Source of the DNA: Collinsella aerofaciens
GTDB lineage: Bacteria; Actinomycetota; Coriobacteriia; Coriobacteriales; Coriobacteriaceae
DNA length: 64,000 nt
Assembly (NCBI GenBank): GCA_008680965.1
Contig: NAKE01000001.1
Location: forward strand, 2,070,865 to 2,134,864
Direction of reading: 5' to 3'
The position numbers and the translations under genes are program-made. Under the pieces are notes generated by a model that searched no databases, was not told the origin of the DNA, and saw nothing but the letters and a program-made list of their open reading frames with translations. This document shows, piece by piece, positions 58,376-64,000 of the stretch. The stretch's first letter is position 1; each line of letters opens with the position of its first letter.

Positions 58376-59229
58376 GGGCCATAGCGGCCAACGAGGGCCG
58401 CTACCCCATATCAGCGCAGTGCAGGCTCCTCGGCGTCGCGAGGTCGACGTACTACTCCATGCGCTCGCGGCCCGGCCGGCCCGCCGCGCCGGACCCCGCC
58501 GCGCCGGCCGTGGTCGCGGCCCACGCCGCCAGCAAGGGCCGGTACGGCTCGCGCAAGATAAAGGCGTCGCTCGAGCGGTCGGGCGTCACCGTCAGCCGGC
58601 GCCGGGTCTGCCGCATCATGAGGGAGAACGGCCTGGTCAGCGCATACGGCAGGAAGAGGTTCAAGGTGCACCCCGGGGCGGTCAACGAGGCCGACGTGCC
58701 GAACGTCGTCGCGCGCGGCTTCTGCGGCAGGGCGCCGCGCACCCATATATGCAGCGACCTGACCTACGTGCGCGTGGGGGCGTCGTGGAACTACGTCTGC
58801 CTGCTCGTCGACCTCTACAACAGGGAGATCGTCGGCCACTCCGCCGGGCCCAGGAAGGACGCCCGGCTGGTCAAGTCGGCGTTCGCGACGCTCTCCTTCC
58901 CGATCTCGGACATCGAGGTGTTCCACACGGACCGCGGCAGCGAGTTCGACAACGCCGAGATCGACCTGATGCTCGAGGCCTTCGGCATAGAGAGGTCGCT
59001 GTCGGCCAAGGGCTGCCCCTACGACAACGCCGTCGACGAGTCGACCAACAGGATACTGAAGGCCGAGCTCGTCCACCGCGAGACGTTCGGCACGACGCGC
59101 GAGCTCCGGGCCAAGCTCTCGGACTACGTGCACTGGTACAACAACTTCAGGATCCACTCGACGCTGGGCTACATGTCGCCGGTCGAGTTCAGGGAGGCGG
59201 GGCTGTCCCTCCCGGAATCGTCCAAATAG
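58339..59229 (+). CDS. IS3 family transposase OrfB (DDE integrase core), probably made as an OrfAB fusion by -1 frameshifting
   Basis: DLTYV, HTDRGSEF and NAVDES...E motifs. orfB is in the -1 frame relative to orfA, with overlap 58339-58375 containing C-UUA-AAA-C. The exact slip site is not proven. Confidence 0.8.
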   Translation, partial: LKTSGADIRSKVRAIAANEGRYPISAQCRLLGVARSTYYSMRSRPGRPAAPDPAAPAVVAAHAASKGRYGSRKIKASLERSGVTVSRRRVCRIMRENGLVSAYGRKRFKVHPGAVNEADVPNVVARGFCGRAPRTHICSDLTYVRVGASWNYVCLLVDLYNREIVGHSAGPRKDARLVKSAFATLSFPISDIEVFHTDRGSEFDNAEIDLMLEAFGIERSLSAKGCPYDNAVDESTNRILKAELVHRETFGTTRELRAKLSDYVHWYNNFRIHSTLGYMSPVEFREAGLSLPESSK

Positions 59230-59243
59230 GTGTTGCCAATCCA

Positions 59244-60359
59244 GGGGCCCTCCCCGAAGGCCCTGGGGAGGACGGCGACCCGGCGGCCGCGGTCGGCGAG
59301 GATCTCCACCGTCGACGCGCGCATGCCGACGAGCAGGCTCCGCCCGTGCCAGGCGGGCCCGGCGACGTACTCGCGCCCGTCGGCCTCGACGTAGCCGCGC
59401 TTGTCGGCGCGGGCGGTGACCCACCTCACCGCGTCGAACTCCACGCCGGGAAGGGCGCGCATGGCGGCGAGGTCCTCCCGGTAGGCCTCCCCGTGCGGCC
59501 TGCCGTCGCGGCAGCGCGCCGCCGCGTTGACCCTCGCGCATCCATCGGCGAGGAACGCGTTGAGCTCGGGGAGCGTGCCGAACGCCGGCACGGGGACGAG
59601 GAGGTTGCGCCGGAGGAACCCCACGGCGTTCTCGACGGAGCCCTTCTCGTTTCCCGAATAGGGGTTGCAGTACCGGCTCTCGAAGCGGTAGTGGGCCCTG
59701 AACTGCGAGAACAGCCTCGATTCCGTGACCTCGCCGCGCACCATCCTGCCCGCCTCGGTGGCGTTGTCGAGCACCATCGCCGCCGGGGCGCGGCCCCAGC
59801 GGCGGAAGATCTCGAGCAGCCCGGCGCACAGGCACTCCGACCTCTGCGACATGAGGGCGACGCACTGCCGGTCGTTCGAGTGCGGAAGCGTCGCGACCAG
59901 CAGCTTGAGGTCGAGGGTCCTCCCGCCGACCGCGGCGCGGAAGTTCCCGAAATCGACCTGGCAGGTGCCGGGCGCCCACTCGAGCTCGAGGTACCCCTCT
60001 CCGCCCGCCGCCGCCCGGGCAAGCCTGAGCTCGCGGACGAACCTCTGCACGGTGGAGTACGAGCCGCCGTAGCCGCGCTCGGCGACGAGCCTGTAGTAGA
60101 TCCGCCTGGCGGTGTGGCGCTGCTTCCTCGGGGCCCCGAGGTCGGCCTCGAGAACGCCCGCGATCCATTCCTCGTTGCCCTCGAGCGCGGGCCTGCCCCT
60201 CCTCTGGGGCATCGGCGCGACGGGCGACATGTCCTCCATGTCGGCGTACTTCGCCACGGTGTTCCGGCTCACGTGGAGCACTCTGGCGATTTCGGACCTC
60301 GAGCGCCCGGCGGCATCCATCGACCGTATATCATTCACTGTGTCCAGGGGCACGGTCAT
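59244..60359 (-). pseudogene. istA: IS21 transposase IstA, N-terminal fragment
   Basis: GGAGGAG RBS then ATG 60357-60359. HTH MDAAGRSRSEIARVLHVSRNTVAKY and DDE region CQVDFG...LVATLPHSN...VLDNA. Confidence 0.85.
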
Positions 60360-60535
60360 CTCCTCCATCCTTCCCGGGCGGGCTCGCCAAAGTAACCGCC
60401 CGGGGAAACCATACGGCGAGGGCCGCGCCCCCGGTCCCCGGGGCGCGGCCCTCTTGCTTAAACTGCTCAACTTTTCGTGCTCACGGTGCTCATTTCCCAG
60501 TGATCACTCGGACCACTTCTTAGTGAACATCAACA

Positions 60536-60760
60536 GCTCCTCCCCGGGTCGATCGACAGTCAGGCCGCGAGGACGTCCTCCTCCCGCGTGCTCGGTGAGC
60601 CGCCCATGCGGTAGACGCCCTTCGCGAGCCTCTCTATGTTGCCGAGCCCTTCCAGCCTCGAGAGCGCGTACCGCTCGACGCCGAGCACCTTCGCCTGCAC
60701 AGATGTGAAGAGCCCCCTTTGGGAAGAGGCGATGTCGTTGGTGGCTCGTATGACTTCGAT
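60536..60760 (-). pseudogene. AbiEi family antitoxin, N-terminal part with an in-frame TGA
   Basis: IEVIRATNDIASSQRGLFTSVQAKVLGVERYALSRLEGLGNIERLAKGVYRMGG...EDVLAA-TGA-LSIDPGRS. TGA (60560-60562) sits where family members have Trp (AAWL). No clean start codon found. Confidence 0.65.
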
Positions 60761-60994
60761 TTATTCCATGCTTGCATTGTGGAAAATAATGCAACAATGC
60801 AAGCAATACGCTCAGAATACACGGCGTTATTCGGCGGCATTCGGGGTCACTGAAACTGCGGAAACCGATTTTCGCATTTCTTTATTCCCATTTGTTGACC
60901 TGGGCGAATGCAATTGAAGAGGGCTTGAATCCGCCTCGCAGTTTCAAGTCAGTTTCATCCGCTCGAAATCGGCCTTCGGGGGACCCGAATTGTG

Positions 60995-61075
60995 AATTAT
61001 TCCCGCAGGGCCTAATTATTCCCGTACCGCCGAGTACTCCGTTGTACCGCCCAGTAGGGACACACGGGAATAATT
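60995..61075. repeat. AATTATTCCCG x3 (two direct, one inverted) enclosing a GTACCGCC(G/C)AGTA x2 direct repeat
   Basis: AATTATTCCCG at 60995-61005 and 61014-61024; CGGGAATAATT at 61065-61075. GTACCGCCGAGTA (61024-61036) and GTACCGCCCAGTA (61044-61056). Partial TTATTCCCA copies at 60882-60890 and 61138-61146. Confidence 0.9.
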
Positions 61076-61108
61076 GGGTCGTTTTCCCAGGTAGAGATGC
61101 AAAAAGAA

Positions 61109-61136
61109 AGCCCTCGAACCAAAGGGTTCGAGGGCT
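61109..61136 (-). terminator. 12-bp-stem hairpin with T-run on the minus strand
   Basis: AGCCCTCGAACC-AAAG-GGTTCGAGGGCT. The minus-strand reading is followed by TTCTTTTTGC. Confidence 0.55.
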
Positions 61137-61298
61137 GTTATTCCCACTATTTCGCTGGTGGCTTTGGTTCTGTCGTCCCGTCATTCCAGTTGCACCCAGT
61201 TTTCGGCATCGACACGGAACGCGTGCCGCCGAATGACGCGATGTCGCGTCTCGTCGGCTTCGGGGACAAAAGCTGGGACAACTTCAAAAACTTTTTTC

Positions 61299-61325
61299 AA
61301 ACTCAGGGCTTTGAGTTTTTGTTTT
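61299..61325 (+). terminator. hairpin AAACTCA-GGGCTT-TGAGTTT followed by TTGTTTTG (A/T runs on both sides)
   Basis: Read directly. Possibly bidirectional. Confidence 0.45.
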
Positions 61326-61612
61326 GTCCCAAAGGAGCTTCCGGCCGTGATTCGGATGCCCGATTGGGCGGAATCGCCCGTTTCTGGAACTCAACCGCAG
61401 CATCACGCACAAGCCACTCGCAACAACTGCAAATGATTGGTCGAGGGCGGCTTCCAACGCGATTCCAAAGCCGCAGGTCAGGCGACTGCGCTGCTGGCAG
61501 GGAAAGGGAGTCGTATCAGGCGGCTTGCCCATGAGTCGACGATGAGGCCTTCACCGAATGTCGAGAACATGCTGGTAAAATAGGCAATACTTTTTATGAC
61601 AGGAGAACGAGC

Positions 61613-62575
61613 ATGGCCGAACCCCACGATAGGAAGCCGATCCTCACGATCGAGCAGCAGATAGAGCACCTCAAGCAGAAGGGCGTAGCCTTCGAGCTGT
61701 GTTCCGAGGAAGAGGCCGAGGACTACCTGCGCGACAAGTGCAACTTCTTCAAGCTCGCATCCTATCGCAAACTCTTCTCGAAATACGAGGGAGGCCCGCG
61801 CGACGGCCGCTACGTAGACCTCGACTTCGGCCAGCTACGCCTGCTCGCGGCGCTCGACCAGGAGCTACGCCACGCCCTGCTCGGCATGACGCTCGACATC
61901 GAGCACTTCCAGAAGGTGACACTGCTTCGCGAGATGGAGGACCGTGGAGAGGATGGCTACGCCATCGTGGCCGACTACATGGCATCGCTTACCACTGCAA
62001 ACAGGGAGTACCGCCTGCGCGAGCTCAAGATGAGCGGCCGCAGCCCCTACAGCTCGAGCCTCTACGCGAAGTACTCCGGCGACATGCCTGCCTGGGCCTT
62101 CCTTGAGCTCACCTCGTTCGGCACCCTCATCGACTTCGTGCGCTTCTGCGCCAGGCGATGGGGCGACAGGCGCTTCGAGGCCTCCCACTACGACCTCAAG
62201 CGCGTGAAGTCCGTCCGCAACTGCGCCGCGCACGGCTCGTGCCTGATCAACTGCTTCGCCGAGAGGGGCGCCGCCCGGGGCTCGGCGTCCAGTGGCGTCT
62301 CCCGAAGGGTCGCCGCCGTGGGAATCCCCAAGGCGACCAGGAGGAAGTGGATGGGGAATACGGCCATGCAGGAGGTCGCGACCGTGCTCGTGGCGCACTC
62401 CGGCTTGGTACCCGAGGGCTCCTCGCGCTCGCGCGCCGCATCCGAGCTCGCCGAGATGTTCGCCAGGGCCGACGGAGAAACCGAGGCGCTGCCCGACAAG
62501 GGGCCCGACGCCGCAGCTCGCTCCGCGCTCGAGTTCCTTCGCAGGTTGACAGAATCGCTCGGGTTGGTAGAATAG
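61613..62575 (+). CDS. Abi_2 family (AbiD/AbiF-like) abortive-infection protein
   Basis: N-terminus KPILTIEQQIEHLKQKGVAF...EEAEDYLRDKCNFFKLASYRKLF, central WAFLELTSFGTLIDF, and RVKSVRNCAAHGSCLIN (RN-AH motif). Confidence 0.75.
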   Translation: MAEPHDRKPILTIEQQIEHLKQKGVAFELCSEEEAEDYLRDKCNFFKLASYRKLFSKYEGGPRDGRYVDLDFGQLRLLAALDQELRHALLGMTLDIEHFQKVTLLREMEDRGEDGYAIVADYMASLTTANREYRLRELKMSGRSPYSSSLYAKYSGDMPAWAFLELTSFGTLIDFVRFCARRWGDRRFEASHYDLKRVKSVRNCAAHGSCLINCFAERGAARGSASSGVSRRVAAVGIPKATRRKWMGNTAMQEVATVLVAHSGLVPEGSSRSRAASELAEMFARADGETEALPDKGPDAAARSALEFLRRLTESLGLVE

Positions 62576-62586
62576 CCTGCAGATAG

Positions 62587-62641
62587 CAAAACCTTCACGG
62601 TTTTAGGGGCGGACTTGCGCAAGCGACTCTGCCCTATTTTT
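62587..62641 (+). terminator. terminator module copy 1 (small hairpin plus GGGCGGA...TCTGCCC stem plus TATTTTT) right after the Abi_2 gene
   Basis: AAAACC-TTCAC-GGTTTT, then AGGGGCGGACTTGCGCAAGCGACTCTGCCCTATTTTT. Confidence 0.6.
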
Positions 62642-62720
62642 ATATTCACTCACTATAGGAGACGGGTGATACCTGGGTCAATGACAGAACTGAGAAGCCC
62701 GGAATAATGGAGCCAGTTAG

Positions 62721-62773
62721 AAACCCTCGGGTTTGCGGGGCGGGATCGTGAGAGCGATTCTGCCCTATTTTTT
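62721..62773 (+). terminator. terminator module copy 2 (same architecture, ~134 nt downstream of copy 1)
   Basis: AAACC-CTCG-GGTTT, then GGGCGGGATCG-TGAGAG-CGATTCTGCCC (11 bp including 2 G-U pairs), then TATTTTTT. Confidence 0.65.
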
Positions 62774-63079
62774 CCTCCGTCTGCCCCAAACCAAGTAGTT
62801 CGAAGATAGCCTGTAGGTGTCCTCCTGGGCGCCTTTTATTTTCAGGGAATCGGCCGCTTCATGAACGAGCGACCGGCTTGACCTAGATCGAACCGCCTTC
62901 ATCTCCGCCTAGGCGCCGGCGATCAACATCGTAAATCCGCGCGTGCTACAATGCGGGCACCAGAGATGAAAACACAGTCCCCGTCGGGTAGTCGTGGGCG
63001 TGCGGGAGTCCGCATCAGTAACCTGCCTCCTTGGTTGTCCCTTCTCTGCATGGTCATCTACATAAAGGAGGAACCAACC

Positions 63080-63547
63080 ATGCAGATCAGCGTGTCATCC
63101 ACCCTGACCGTATATCATGACGGCCAATTCTGGGTCGGGCTGGCGGAGCATGTCGAGGACGGCAGATACGGCGTCGTCCGCATCGTCTTCGGTGCAGAAC
63201 CGTCCAATGAGGAAATCCTGCAATTCGTTACAAGCAAATGGGCGAAGCTCTCGTTCTTCGGTGACGAGGCCACGGAAACAAGCAAGCCCGCGAAGAATCC
63301 CAAGCGACGCGCTCGCGAGGCAGCGAAAGCCCTTAAGCGGCCCGCGGTGAGCACCAAGGCACAACAGGCGCTCGCAGCACAGCGGGAAGCGATGAAGCGG
63401 GAGTCGGCTCAAGCAAGAAGCCAGCGTCGCGCGGATGAGGCGGAGGCGCGCTTCGAGCCACTGCACTTCACAGCTTGTTTCTCAAGTATTTGGGACGCAC
63501 ACGCGGCGTTCAAAAATGCGGAGCGACTCCACATGGCTCGAGACTGA
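63080..63547 (+). CDS. DUF2992 (YjdF-like) family protein
   Basis: AAAGGAGG RBS then ATG 63080. LTVYHDGQFWVGLAEHVEDGRYGVVRIVFGAEPSNEEILQFV... then a basic tail NPKRRAREAAKALKRPAVSTKAQQALAAQREAMKRE. The last ~35 residues are atypical (non-basic), which may reflect a frameshifted end. Confidence 0.65.
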   Translation: MQISVSSTLTVYHDGQFWVGLAEHVEDGRYGVVRIVFGAEPSNEEILQFVTSKWAKLSFFGDEATETSKPAKNPKRRAREAAKALKRPAVSTKAQQALAAQREAMKRESAQARSQRRADEAEARFEPLHFTACFSSIWDAHAAFKNAERLHMARD

Positions 63548-63558
63548 GCCGAGGTGCC

Positions 63559-64000
63559 CTACTTCTCGCCCTCCAGCAGCCCCACGACACGGTCGATGTC
63601 GACGGCGAAGCGGGGCCTTCCCTCGCGCTCGCAGCGGTCGAGGTACGCCTGGCACTCGGAGACAATGCGCTTGGTGTTGCCGCCGATGATGCGCTGGAGC
63701 GTCTCGTAGTAGGCCGAGCCCTCGGTCCTGAAGCGGCGCTGGTAGGACTTGGTTATGGGGAACATCTTGATGTAGTGGATGCCGTGGCGACAGCCGGGGC
63801 TCGTCGTGGGGCGGGGTGGCAACGCAAAGTACTGGTCTTTGGGCACGTTGGGGGCGATGTTGGAATGCAGCGGCACGGCGAAGTCCCTGCGCTTCCCGCG
63901 GAAACGCAGCCTCACCACCACGATGCAGGGGAGATTGTGCTTAAGCATGAGCTCGCGGTCGCCCTCGACGAGGTCGAAGAAGTCCTGGGAGATGGATACG
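63559..64000 (-). CDS. ToxN/AbiQ-like type III toxin-antitoxin endoribonuclease candidate; 5' end outside the window
   Basis: The frame is open to the window edge: ...ISQDFFDLVEGDRELMLKHNLPCIVVVRLRFRGKRRDFAVPLHSNI...GIHYIKMFPITKS...YYETLQRIIGGNTKRIVSECQAYL. It resembles the ToxN/AbiQ blocks (PxxGIVLxI..YFAPLSS; INxxxMIPI). By-eye similarity only. Confidence 0.4.
   Translation of the reverse strand, partial: VSISQDFFDLVEGDRELMLKHNLPCIVVVRLRFRGKRRDFAVPLHSNIAPNVPKDQYFALPPRPTTSPGCRHGIHYIKMFPITKSYQRRFRTEGSAYYETLQRIIGGNTKRIVSECQAYLDRCEREGRPRFAVDIDRVVGLLEGEK

Larger units (their letters stand above)
58027..59243 (+). mobile_element. IS3 family insertion sequence
   Basis: Terminal IRs TGGATTGGCTACAC...TTCCGGGA and reverse complement TGGATTGGCAACAC...TTCCGGGA. 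3-bp duplication GGG on both sides. orfA and orfB lie in the 0 / -1 frames. Confidence 0.9.
56855..60535 (-). mobile_element. IS21 family element (istA-istB) inserted in abiEi and itself split by an IS3 family element
   Basis: 6-bp target duplication GCTCCT at 56849-56854 and 60536-60541. Ends TGTGTTTCGTCAAGAGG / reverse complement TGTTGATGTTCACTAAGAAG, with subterminal TGAGCA repeats. Removing the element and one TSD copy restores the abiEi frame (DPGRS-PVAMG). Confidence 0.85.

Noticed and set aside
61097-61534. 145-aa + ORF and overlapping 100-aa and 82-aa minus ORFs in the spacer before the Abi_2 gene
   Set aside because: They run straight through two strong hairpin terminators and the repeat array, and have odd composition and no RBS. 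The region is treated as non-coding.

Overview
GC-rich bacterial chromosome segment. Gene content and codon style suggest Actinomycetota, probably a Coriobacteriia/Collinsella-like gut anaerobe; this is an inference and was not searched.

- **1-42 kb, mostly housekeeping or accessory metabolism.** Genes include prfC, a GntR-controlled ABC-2 exporter, a ClC channel, a LOG-family protein, a K+ channel, a hybrid sensor kinase, a PatB/MalY C-S lyase, dus, a MacB-like ABC exporter, a TlpA-like lipoprotein, an OmpR/HK pair, a LuxR regulator next to a ~1450-aa LAxTG surface protein, and parE/parC. The region is interrupted by an AT-richer islet (14.9-17.1 kb), an IS256 insertion with an 8-bp target duplication (TSD), and a dispersed 31-35 nt palindrome family.
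- **42-64 kb, accessory and defense-like, heavily rearranged.**
  - A TetR-controlled operon of three tandem SIR2-like paralogs is followed by a decayed second copy whose middle is replaced by an AT-richer pair of CxxxCxxC (radical-SAM type) genes.
  - An IS200-type element follows.
  - A 1281-aa single-chain nuclease-methylase-specificity enzyme (type IIB/IIG-like) lies next to a tyrosine recombinase and a promoterless spare target-recognition cassette in direct orientation.
  - A graveyard holds an AbiE toxin-antitoxin pair destroyed by an IS21 element that itself carries an IS3 element, plus an IS30 remnant and a foldback palindrome.
  - The window ends with an Abi_2 (AbiD/F-like) gene, duplicated terminator modules, a DUF2992 gene and a ToxN/AbiQ-like toxin running off the window.

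No rRNA, tRNA or CRISPR array was recognised. All family assignments come from motifs read by eye in the supplied translations. No database search was run.
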